Positions 20,140-28,955 of a DNA stretch of 64,000 bases are shown one piece after another. The notes under the pieces were generated by a model. That model made no database searches and was not told where the DNA came from. It saw nothing but the letters and a program-made list of their open reading frames with translations. Position 1 is the stretch's first letter. Each line of letters opens with the position of its first letter. Where the stretch lies: the sequence record MK774614.2. The stretch is one strand, 5' to 3'. A program made the position numbers and the translations under genes.

Positions 20140-20498
20140 TTTTGGATCTACTCTATGTCGTCATGGTAACTATGGAGTTCCATCGTGTTTGTTTACAACA
20201 AATTAACCCAATTCGAGTCGGGGATGCGCAGCTGTCGTAAACGTTGAGTGTGACAAAGTCGTGAGTCAGATCCAAAAAGGTTATTGAGTTAACTAAGTTG
20301 CCCACTAAGACCTAACACACAACGATACAACATTGAGGATTGGTTAAAGTCTTAGCTAACTCAAATAAGGAGGAATTTCCTCTCTAAAACAGGGGATGTT
20401 TGTGCCATGGGAGCGAGAGAGGAAACTCCGAAAAGGGCCGAGAACGGAATCATAAGTTTCACCAAGTCTTTTTTATGACTTACTTATGTCCGTCTCGG
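20140..20498 (-). ncRNA. Candidate structured RNA between the two tRNAs
   Basis: Four long back-to-back hairpins; two mismatches become G-U pairs only on the minus strand. Confidence 0.5.
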
Positions 20499-20534
20499 GG
20501 GTTCTGTACCAAACAGGTTTGATATAGAAGCAAG

Positions 20535-20619
20535 TGGTCCACGAGGCGGGAGTCTAACCCGCATGTCCTAAGACGGCGTGTTTTAAGCACGCTCTGTATA
20601 ACTATTCCAGCACTCGTGG
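20535..20619 (-). tRNA. tRNA-Leu (UAA)
   Basis: CCACGAG/CTCGTGG acceptor, GCGTG-CT-TAA-AA-CACGC anticodon arm, long variable arm, A73, encoded CCA. Has T19/A56. Confidence 0.92.
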
Positions 20620-20872
20620 GAATTTCGTTACATACCATTCTAATACAGTATGTTTAAATAGATCCAGATCCGAAGACCTGGAAGGTTTCTAAACACAACA
20701 TACAACTTTAACCTGCATGGAGAGTGGACCGACCATAATCGGTTCTTTACTCATTAGGTGGTAAAAGTGATTTGTGTTAAAGAATAGACGGGATCCTTGA
20801 GTCAAAAGGAAGATCTAGCTGACATGCCCAGTCAATGCTAAACCAAGTAAAACCACAAGGATCCCTAAACTG

Positions 20873-21450
20873 TCTTTTTAATCATCACTCGTTGAATAAG
20901 GATTAAAAAGAGCCAGACGCAATGCCACACCTGGCTTATTCTAAACATAAAATAAAAGGCTAAGAAAATGAAAAGAAAACTATAGCAAATTTGAAGGGCA
21001 TTACCGCGATGTAAGAACCTTCCTAATAGACACTTAATAAATATCCATTAGGAAGGTGGGAGAGTCGAGCCTCTCTCCCAACTTAATCTACTTCGTAAGG
21101 AAAACAACAATGAATCGCAACAGGTTACGCTTCTTAATAAGCTCTGAACAAGAACACATTAAGAAGTGCACATCGGTAGCGAAAGGATGCACACTTTATC
21201 TTAGTTAGGAGATGACAATGGCAATTAAGCAATGAAAGAGACGAACTAAGGCGGAGCACGTGACTTTCTTAATAGATACTCAATTGAAAATACCTATTAA
21301 GAAAGTGAGAGTTAGGGAGACTCTCACAGTATATTACCAGGAGTTAAAGTAATGCAACCTACTTTAGAAACAAAGCTCAGCGGAAAGCACCGTTTCTCAA
21401 TACACACTATTGGAAAATGTTTATTGAGAAAGTAAGCAGTCTGTGACATA
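20873..21450. repeat. Tandem array of five diverged multi-hairpin units (~110-145 nt period)
   Basis: Each unit begins with a YTTYyyAAT-N19-22-ATTrrRAAr inverted repeat (20873, 21018, 21130, 21263, 21393). In units 1-4 it is followed by a second hairpin and an RBS-like AGG plus ATG. Confidence 0.75.
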
Positions 21451-21463
21451 CAATAGTTAAGTT

Positions 21464-21495
21464 CCATAATTTTTCAAGTAGATATTATCAAGATG
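21464..21495 (+). promoter_or_regulatory. Early-type phage promoter heading the accessory region
   Basis: CCATAATTTTTCAAGTAGATATTATCAAGATG. Related copies at ~9757, 28321, 30290, 33551, 38902, 45844, 48233, 50425, 54121, 58768, 63929. Confidence 0.75.
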
Positions 21496-21558
21496 ATAAC
21501 TTGGGAAAAGGTTATCCATTGAAACACTGTTTACACTATTTTAGCAAGGGGCTAAATC

Positions 21559-22191
21559 ATGGAATTCCTCAGTATTGAAAAACTCATTAAATATTCGCTT
21601 CAACATGTCTTTGAAAAGATTGAAGTGAAGCCGTTGGTAGTAGATACTAATTTGATCAACAAACATCGACTGGAAAGTTTCCCTCATCGGAATATAAAGG
21701 CAGTTTCATTCTTTTTGGATGACTCTGTTCGCTACATCATGTTCTACATGGATGTTCGAGGAGAAACACTCTTTACAAGGCCAAAGTCTGGGATCTTAAT
21801 TAAACTGACCCAGGAGCTTCGTAGCAGTGATTTTCGAAATACCTTGACAGAAGACTTCACTGAGTATGAAAGTGTCATGGGAATATTCCTGGAACACTAC
21901 ATCAATCAAAAAGCAGAAGAAGATATCCGAATCTTTTTGGAACGGTTGGTAACTCGTCAAAAAGAGAAAACAGGCAAAGAACATAAATACACCACAGGGT
22001 ACCACGTCATCAAACACAATAAAGAAACGATGGACTATCAAGCGATCTTTGAAGTGTTTGTCAAATCACCTGATCAAGGGGATGACGAGTTTGTAGGATA
22101 CTCCGGGGAGATCAGTTCCGGTGTTCCTGCGACGTTTGTCAATCGCCAAAAAGATGGGATGAAAACAACCTTGATGGACGTTTTCTCCTAA
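21559..22191 (+). CDS. Hypothetical protein
   Basis: 210 aa, AAGGGG RBS, downstream of an early promoter. Confidence 0.7.
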   Translation: MEFLSIEKLIKYSLQHVFEKIEVKPLVVDTNLINKHRLESFPHRNIKAVSFFLDDSVRYIMFYMDVRGETLFTRPKSGILIKLTQELRSSDFRNTLTEDFTEYESVMGIFLEHYINQKAEEDIRIFLERLVTRQKEKTGKEHKYTTGYHVIKHNKETMDYQAIFEVFVKSPDQGDDEFVGYSGEISSGVPATFVNRQKDGMKTTLMDVFS

Positions 22192-22271
22192 TCCTATGTA
22201 TTACTTGAGGGGAGCGTGGCTCCCTTCGCTCTTAGTCTTGGGTTCATTTTTTACAAAAGGAAATATTTCTT

Positions 22272-22955
22272 ATGTATCATCTCCAATTGGTTATTGTCCG
22301 GATTTTGCTTAACTTGTTTAGTGTTAACCGGGATTTTGTAAACGATGTGATCAACGCAGCTAAACCGACTGTTGATATCAGCTCTGGGAAAGCCGAGGCG
22401 CTCTTACTCAGCTGGTTTAGTGTTAAGGTACTACTGGTGTATCGCAAACCCTGCTGGGGGATTTCTATTGCGATTGATGACGAGGTCTTGCTTAACGATA
22501 AGTTGACTAATGGTCGTTGGTGTTTTAACCGCTCTACCCTGTCTCGACTGGAAACTCTGTTTGGGAATCATTATCACAATGAAACGGTGAAAGCTGTCGG
22601 TGGCTGGCTTGCTAAAGATTTCACCGAAGGTCTTGCAAACATGTTCTCATTGACTGATCGGCTTATTGGTCGTCAGAAGGATCTAACGTTAGGTCAGTTC
22701 CCTGGGATGATTCAACAAATCTTGGTATCTGGTATTACCCGTCAAATTCGGGGCACTTACCTGATCGATAACATGTCTGGTTATGTTACCGCTCATAGTG
22801 CAACTGGTCCTTTGGAAGCGTTGGTTATGAATCTTCCGGTCAATAACTGGAAAGGGTGTGTTGCCAAGGATGCTGGTGAGCTGAATCGTAAGATCCAGAC
22901 ACTGCTCTGTCGTAACTTGGATGAGACACTACTGTGGTCTAAACTCCCTAAGTAA
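22272..22955 (+). CDS. Hypothetical protein
   Basis: 227 aa, AAGGA RBS. Confidence 0.7.
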   Translation: MYHLQLVIVRILLNLFSVNRDFVNDVINAAKPTVDISSGKAEALLLSWFSVKVLLVYRKPCWGISIAIDDEVLLNDKLTNGRWCFNRSTLSRLETLFGNHYHNETVKAVGGWLAKDFTEGLANMFSLTDRLIGRQKDLTLGQFPGMIQQILVSGITRQIRGTYLIDNMSGYVTAHSATGPLEALVMNLPVNNWKGCVAKDAGELNRKIQTLLCRNLDETLLWSKLPK

Positions 22956-23194
22956 ACAAACATTAACTGGTAACTGGACTTCGGTCTGGTTACTGGTTTT
23001 TATTATTTCATTACAAAAGTTACCCAATATATGTAAACTTAGATGCTACTTACCGATAGGTAGGAGTGGGGAAGGGGATTTTGTTTATATAGGGTTTACG
23101 AAGTAAACATCCTTATTTCTGTTAATCAGTAGTCTTTTAAGTTACGTTAAAAGGGATAAACTATAAGGGAATAAACGTAAATAAAATAGTTATG

Positions 23195-23525
23195 TATATT
23201 ATATGTGTGAAATAGCTTCGATAACACTTTCCCTCTATCCACCCGGGTGTTATCAATGGGGTTATTTCATTTCTTCCTCTTGTTCTTTTGGGTGGACCTA
23301 CGGGGATTTTCTTCATTCTCCTTCTACCCCGGTTTGATTACTATCTTTATATTTATCTTTAATAGACTAAGTAAAGTAAAATAGCAAAGATAATAAACAA
23401 TTAGAAAATAGAAAAGAATACAGGAAATAAGAACAAGAGAAGATTACCGGAAAAGGGGTCCGGGGAAAAACCAATTTATACCTAAAACCAATCTGGAGAG
23501 CAATCTCTGGGTTGGGTAGGGGTTT
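23195..23525 (+). ncRNA. ORF-free element A (T-rich then A-rich halves)
   Basis: Starts TATATTATATGT, ends GGGTAGGGGTTT; perfect 11-bp long-range pair 23277-23287/23429-23439; shares motifs with element B. Confidence 0.4.
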
Positions 23526-23558
23526 GTTTGTCCAATAAACATTTTAGAGGAATTTACT

Positions 23559-24080
23559 ATGAAATTAAGAATGTCTATTTTGAAAGGTCGTATTCAATCC
23601 AGAAGTCTTGACCTGGTTAAATTCATGAACAAAGAACTTGAGGAGATCTGTTTTTCAATTTCAGTTGATATGGATTATAAGTTGATTTTGAAAAGAGCTT
23701 ATGAAACCAGGTATTCCATTTCAGTGATTGACGGAATCACTAAAGAAAACAGGGACTTTGGGTTTGGTGAATACCTCCCATCCACAGGAATAAAAGACAG
23801 TGAAGTATTTTTGAAAATAGAACATGATCTACTTAGTTTATTTGGCGGGTTAATGTTTGATCAGTTTGTAAGTGTTCAACAGGAAAGAACGAAGGGGAGA
23901 AAACGTCTTCTTGCAATTATTGTTGAACATAATCCGGGATTCCCTGAAGAAAGCGCAAAAGCGTTATTGGAAAAGAAACCCCAGGGGTTAGAATCAACGG
24001 TATTGAACAATGCTTTAAAGATTTGTAAAACCAAATTTATTCATGGTCTTTTTATGGACTATGTTGATTTTCAAATATAA
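23559..24080 (+). CDS. Hypothetical protein
   Basis: 173 aa, GAGGA RBS. Confidence 0.7.
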   Translation: MKLRMSILKGRIQSRSLDLVKFMNKELEEICFSISVDMDYKLILKRAYETRYSISVIDGITKENRDFGFGEYLPSTGIKDSEVFLKIEHDLLSLFGGLMFDQFVSVQQERTKGRKRLLAIIVEHNPGFPEESAKALLEKKPQGLESTVLNNALKICKTKFIHGLFMDYVDFQI

Positions 24081-24109
24081 TCCATAACCATTTTAGAGAG
24101 GTTAAAGTA

Positions 24110-24634
24110 ATGAGGTCTTCTTTTCAATTTGGGGTAGTGCGGGATGTTGCTCATCTTAAAACACTGATGGGGTTGTTACATCGTCCAGTTTACACATTTG
24201 AAAAACATAATCGATTTCATGAGTTTATGGCGGGACGTAAAGTCAGGGCAATGGTGATGAAAGGGTTTTATATTCAATTTCATCACTGTGTTCGCCAGGG
24301 TAAGAAATGGATCGATATCAGTTACTCTGTTCGGGAAGGGAATTTGAGTTACTTTATTGGTTCATTTGAATTTATGCGTTATTCTACAAAAGCACACATT
24401 GTTAAGTTCATTACTCAGCAAATGTTGGGGATTATGTTCGATAGGATGCTCTTACAGAACGTTGTGGTGTACGAAGGTGAAAACGTACTGGCTAAGATCA
24501 AGAATGCGAATACGAGCCTTGAGAGAGCATTCTGGGACGCAGTTAGAAATAAACTCAAAAAACAGTTTATGGGAATCAAATCAGGATCGGAAAGTGATCT
24601 TCTTTACTTGCGATCCATTCCAGTTCAATTTTAA
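24110..24634 (+). CDS. Hypothetical protein
   Basis: 174 aa, GAGG RBS. Confidence 0.7.
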   Translation: MRSSFQFGVVRDVAHLKTLMGLLHRPVYTFEKHNRFHEFMAGRKVRAMVMKGFYIQFHHCVRQGKKWIDISYSVREGNLSYFIGSFEFMRYSTKAHIVKFITQQMLGIMFDRMLLQNVVVYEGENVLAKIKNANTSLERAFWDAVRNKLKKQFMGIKSGSESDLLYLRSIPVQF

Positions 24635-24644
24635 CTTAGGCAGG

Positions 24645-25610
24645 ATGTTAATCATGTTGAATAAACGCTATAACGAAATCATTCGATCCTTTAAAGAGCA
24701 GTTTCAAAAATCCACCCCGGCTCCTTTTAACTTGAGTCCCCCTTCTTGTTTGAACAATGACGAGGTGTTATCCAGTACCTTTTTCTTTATTCAAGCAATT
24801 AAAGGGCTGTTGGCTAATAAGCGGGTTGTTAATCAAACGCTTTGGATGTACCAGGATAAAAACAAATCCTTTCAGTTGGTGGTAACAAGACGGTTTGAAA
24901 ACAATATTTATTTAACGTATGAGAATGGATTATGGGAAGTAACAATCCGCTCTATTACAGGGAGTCTGGTAGGAACAACGATTGTACTTGGAGAGGATCT
25001 GTACTTCGGGGATGAAGTTTGGAATGAGCTAGAACGCACTGTATCGCGTTTAGAAGCATTTCTAGGGGATGCTGACGACTTTCTACATAAAGCGATTAAG
25101 AACCTTCCTGTGATCGATATAGGCGGGATTAAACGTAATCGTTTTAACAAGAAGATCAAACCTTCTAGTCTAACCTTTGATAATGATACACGTTACTTGA
25201 ATATCTTCACAGTTCACGTAAAGGAATCCGACAAAGGAGAGTTCTATCGTCACCTGGAAGTGAGTATTGAATTAAACCCACTGAGAGAGTATGGGTACCG
25301 AACAGGAGACTCTATCTTTGGTCGATTGATTAGTCCGGAAGATTGTTACCGGGGAGAACTCCTTGTCTGGAACAAATACGCGATTACGTGTTCTTTGGAA
25401 TGTTTTCCTGGAGATGAAGAAAATCAAATCAGGAAATTATTAACATCGCAGTGCCCTCGGATACTAAAGAACCTTCATGCTTTTGGAAACTGGGGAGAGG
25501 GACGTCTTTATAGTCAACAAAAGGCGTTGACCTTTCCACCCAAAGGCGATGGTGTCACTGACGATACTCAAGCAATACAAAATGCCTTAAACACAAATCA
25601 AGATAAGTAA
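24645..25610 (+). CDS. Hypothetical protein ending in a tailspike KGDGVTDDTQAIQ fragment
   Basis: The track start 24357 overlaps the previous gene; ATG 24645/24654 is more plausible. Confidence 0.65.
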   Translation: MLIMLNKRYNEIIRSFKEQFQKSTPAPFNLSPPSCLNNDEVLSSTFFFIQAIKGLLANKRVVNQTLWMYQDKNKSFQLVVTRRFENNIYLTYENGLWEVTIRSITGSLVGTTIVLGEDLYFGDEVWNELERTVSRLEAFLGDADDFLHKAIKNLPVIDIGGIKRNRFNKKIKPSSLTFDNDTRYLNIFTVHVKESDKGEFYRHLEVSIELNPLREYGYRTGDSIFGRLISPEDCYRGELLVWNKYAITCSLECFPGDEENQIRKLLTSQCPRILKNLHAFGNWGEGRLYSQQKALTFPPKGDGVTDDTQAIQNALNTNQDK

Positions 25611-25636
25611 TAAATCTTACTAAAAGGAAACCTTCT

Positions 25637-26440
25637 ATGTCCGCATTAACTGTTGTTTATAACCCGATGTTCAGTTTCTATAAAAATATCCGAGGTGGGA
25701 ATAATGTATTTGATCCCAGTGCCCAAGGGACGCATGAGATAACTGGAAAATTCGATGGGGTGAAATATACCATTGATATCAGTCACACTCTGGGTTCGAT
25801 GTTCTTTAGTGGGAACGTTGGGGACGGTGGGTTTATTATTCAAGCGCCCTTGCACGGAACAGCTCAGCTTTACATTGGGAAAAGCGTAGCAGATGCATTT
25901 TCTAAAAGCTTGGGTAATGATGATCCGGAAGGGGTTGCTATTCCCAGTGCTTTTTGCAATGAGTTTGCTAACGAAGACAAAGTCATTGAGTTCTTTGACT
26001 TCTTGTTCAGTGCTGAAAAGTACGGTAATGCAGTTCACACCGCACTAAAGAAAATGCATCCCGACGACTCCCAACCTAACAATGTCCCTGCAACTACGCT
26101 TAAAGATCAAGCTGATAAGTTGTTGTTAGCAAGAGCACTGGTCAGAACCTGGGGTCAGAAGTTTATCAGTAACATGGATCTTGACACGGTAGAAAAGGCG
26201 GGTGGGGTTATTGTTCCAGAAGAACTCTTTGCAGATAAACTTTGTGTAGAGTTTAAAGACTATCGTATTCAAATGTACAAACAAGACATGAAAGTCTTTG
26301 TTAAAGCATTTGACAATACTGAAGATGGCGTAGACCCTCAGTACGAAAACGTATATGTCACTGGGCCTGTCTTTGTATTGACTAGTGAAAACAAGTATCT
26401 GGTTGATCTCTTACTGGGCGCAATTAACTTCATTAGTTAA
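25637..26440 (+). CDS. Hypothetical protein (N-terminal domain shared with 30837..31160)
   Basis: 267 aa, AAGGA RBS. Confidence 0.7.
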   Translation: MSALTVVYNPMFSFYKNIRGGNNVFDPSAQGTHEITGKFDGVKYTIDISHTLGSMFFSGNVGDGGFIIQAPLHGTAQLYIGKSVADAFSKSLGNDDPEGVAIPSAFCNEFANEDKVIEFFDFLFSAEKYGNAVHTALKKMHPDDSQPNNVPATTLKDQADKLLLARALVRTWGQKFISNMDLDTVEKAGGVIVPEELFADKLCVEFKDYRIQMYKQDMKVFVKAFDNTEDGVDPQYENVYVTGPVFVLTSENKYLVDLLLGAINFIS

Positions 26441-26452
26441 AGGAAATCTGTT

Positions 26453-26845
26453 ATGGCAAATTTTATTCAAATCAGTGAAATGAGCAGTGTGTTTGTGGAC
26501 GGTAGAAATGTAATTAATTTCGAAGAAGCGCCGTTTTCAACCCATTCCCCGGTTATCTCTTTTATTAGATGGGATTTTTATGTAGAGCAGCTAAACAACT
26601 TCATGTTTGAAAAATATAAATATGATCCTGCACTAGATTTTCAAGAGCCGGACGACTGCACACTCAATTATTATGTACTTGATCCAGAATTAGTTACAGA
26701 AATAATTGACATGCTAAAAACTGCCCATGTCAGTAGCGAAAGTATCTGGAAAGATGAGCAAAAGCTTTCCGATCTGGTTGATGCACTGTTAAGATGCCAA
26801 AATGGAAGACCTGGATTCCAGTACGTGATCAGCTGGGATTACTAA
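26453..26845 (+). CDS. Hypothetical protein
   Basis: 130 aa, AAGGA RBS. Confidence 0.7.
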   Translation: MANFIQISEMSSVFVDGRNVINFEEAPFSTHSPVISFIRWDFYVEQLNNFMFEKYKYDPALDFQEPDDCTLNYYVLDPELVTEIIDMLKTAHVSSESIWKDEQKLSDLVDALLRCQNGRPGFQYVISWDY

Positions 26846-26884
26846 TTTTTGTGGGTTTATATTTAAATCTAAAAGGAAAATGCC

Positions 26885-27388
26885 ATGTTTACATGTTCGC
26901 CCAAAGATGTTTATTTTTCAATAATCGCTTTTGCAAGTAACCGGTTTAAAGTTTATCCATTAACTGTCGGTCAAGAAATACAACTCGCGCTGTGCGACGA
27001 GATCGAACTGATCGTGATTCGTGAAAATGAAGAAGACTTGAAAGTTAATCTTGTCGATACCCTAAACAAGCAGGAGTTGTGTTTGGGAAAAGTAATATAT
27101 GGGCAAACCCCAGGAGCTATTCTGAAAAGTTTAGCTGGGTTGGTTCATAAACACATGTTCCATAAAGTAATGACAGTTCATGGACTGGATGATATATTTT
27201 CACCAGATCATGAGTTTAACGAGCAGACCTACGATCGGTTAGTAGTCTCGCTTAATAAGAATAATCTCATTAAAATCAAAACACATTGTTGGAAACAGTG
27301 GTGTCGAGCCATGATGACCGAAATAGAAAACAAGTATTACAATTTGGAGAAGTTTCAAAATACTCAAGTTTCTCTATTTTTAAAGTAA
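26885..27388 (+). CDS. Hypothetical protein
   Basis: 167 aa, AAGGA RBS; followed by hairpin GGGTGG-ttaatt-CCACCC and a T-run. Confidence 0.7.
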   Translation: MFTCSPKDVYFSIIAFASNRFKVYPLTVGQEIQLALCDEIELIVIRENEEDLKVNLVDTLNKQELCLGKVIYGQTPGAILKSLAGLVHKHMFHKVMTVHGLDDIFSPDHEFNEQTYDRLVVSLNKNNLIKIKTHCWKQWCRAMMTEIENKYYNLEKFQNTQVSLFLK

Positions 27389-27458
27389 TAGAAAATGTTC
27401 TCATGGGTGGTTAATTCCACCCATTTTCTTAAATTTATTTATTTTTTCAATGTAAATA

Positions 27459-27900
27459 TATATTATATGTAATTGGTTTCATTTCTCGATTGATGAATTC
27501 ACTTTTCTGATGATTTTCTTCTTTTTATTTCACCTTATTCATTATTAAAAAATAATGTTTATGGGGGAATAAAAAGGGGGCCATCAGTCAAGCGGGGTCC
27601 ATCAGTCAAGAGCGGGTCCAATTACTCCAGTCCAATTAAGAGTCGGGTGAAACCCAATTATACTTAATTAAAAGTGAAATGAGATATATGGATAAGGATA
27701 AGGTTATGAACGAAGTGAGTAACATCCTTTATTCCATATAGCGAATGAACTCCAGTTGAATTGGCTTTAAGAAAATTCAATTACAAGAAAAGTAAATACA
27801 GAAATAAGAAAACAGAAATGAATTAGAAATTAGAGTAAACTAGACAATTAAAATACTTAACTATCTGCTTAGAGGGAGTACCTCTAGGTGGGTAGGGGTT
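27459..27900 (+). ncRNA. ORF-free element B with internal direct repeats (ncRNA or origin candidate)
   Basis: Starts TATATTATATGT, ends GGGTAGGGGTT; CCATCAGTCAAG x2 and CCAATTA x3; motifs shared with element A. Confidence 0.4.
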
Positions 27901-27961
27901 ATGTTTGTTTACTGTTAGGTTAATTACCTGAAAGAGTTATATTAGACTAGGAAAAGAGAAA

Positions 27962-28315
27962 ATGAAGGAATGGATAAGAAAGTTAATAAAAACGTGTATG
28001 AAGCGGTATACGATTGATATGTTATTTTATCATGATGTTCGCTATATGGAGAAGAGGAGGAAAGGAAGTCGTTATATGGATTACATGGGGTTAGATGGGA
28101 GATGTCACAGAGCGAAGGTAGAATGGAGACATGAAGAAGGGTATTTGGTGTTTTGGATAGTGAGGGGAAGTTATTTAGGGATACGGGAATTGGATATCTG
28201 GAAACAGTATAAGTTTATTAGTATCTGGTTATTAGAAGAACGTTATATGGGATTAACGATTGTGTATAAGAATCCGTGTTCAAGCTATAGACAAAAGAAT
28301 TTCGTTATTCTATAA
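27962..28315 (+). CDS. Hypothetical protein, strongly C-depleted gene
   Basis: 117 aa basic/aromatic; AGGA upstream; about 25 C in 354 nt by hand count. Confidence 0.55.
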   Translation: MKEWIRKLIKTCMKRYTIDMLFYHDVRYMEKRRKGSRYMDYMGLDGRCHRAKVEWRHEEGYLVFWIVRGSYLGIRELDIWKQYKFISIWLLEERYMGLTIVYKNPCSSYRQKNFVIL

Positions 28316-28388
28316 ATTTATAGAACGATATTATTACCGTGTTGAAACACGAATCGTTATTAGATTAATTTAGAATAAGGAATAGAAA

Positions 28389-28955
28389 ATGGAAAGTTAC
28401 TACGTTGAAGACATGACGTTTAAACAAGCTAGGACGCTTTGTGGGGTGTTGTTCCATAAGACAAGCAAATCTACGTTGGTAAGTGAGAAAGGTGATGTAG
28501 AGCTTCTGACGAAGGCTGAGGAAGGGTTTGATCATCTCCTTGGGAATAGTCGATTTGTTTATACCCAAACCCCCAGTGAACATAACCAACCTTTTGGGAT
28601 CACGTGGTGTTGTGGCCTGTCTGGTGACGATAATCGAACACTGATGCTTCAGTGCGGGGAAGAAACAGTTGACGATCTGGATGTCAAACTTGTTAGCAAT
28701 TTAGAAAAACTGTTTAATCCTGCTTGTCGAAGCCAGTCTATTCGATTCGAGCACAATGGTGGTGTTTGGGAGCTGGTTGTTCTGCAAAACTTTAGATCAA
28801 CGCAATATCTATTAAGAAGGGAATTGGTGAAACCAACTGGAATGGCTAACTACTTCCCTGTGTTTGAATATGAACAAGTTGATAAGTTTCCTAGATTTTA
28901 TTCTGTCATCGAACAGTTTAAACAACAGTTAGTGGATTTTTATACACCAGAATAA
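28389..28955 (+). CDS. Hypothetical protein
   Basis: 188 aa, AAGGA RBS, promoter-like GATATTATTACCGTG at ~28327. Confidence 0.7.
   Translation: MESYYVEDMTFKQARTLCGVLFHKTSKSTLVSEKGDVELLTKAEEGFDHLLGNSRFVYTQTPSEHNQPFGITWCCGLSGDDNRTLMLQCGEETVDDLDVKLVSNLEKLFNPACRSQSIRFEHNGGVWELVVLQNFRSTQYLLRRELVKPTGMANYFPVFEYEQVDKFPRFYSVIEQFKQQLVDFYTPE

Noticed and set aside
20873-21450. CRISPR array interpretation of the repeat array
   Set aside because: Repeats are not identical, the period is 110-145 nt, and no cas gene is in the window. Reported as an unknown array instead.
24357-24644. N-terminal extension of the 417-aa track ORF
   Set aside because: Overlaps 24110..24634 in another frame and has no RBS; the start was moved to 24645.
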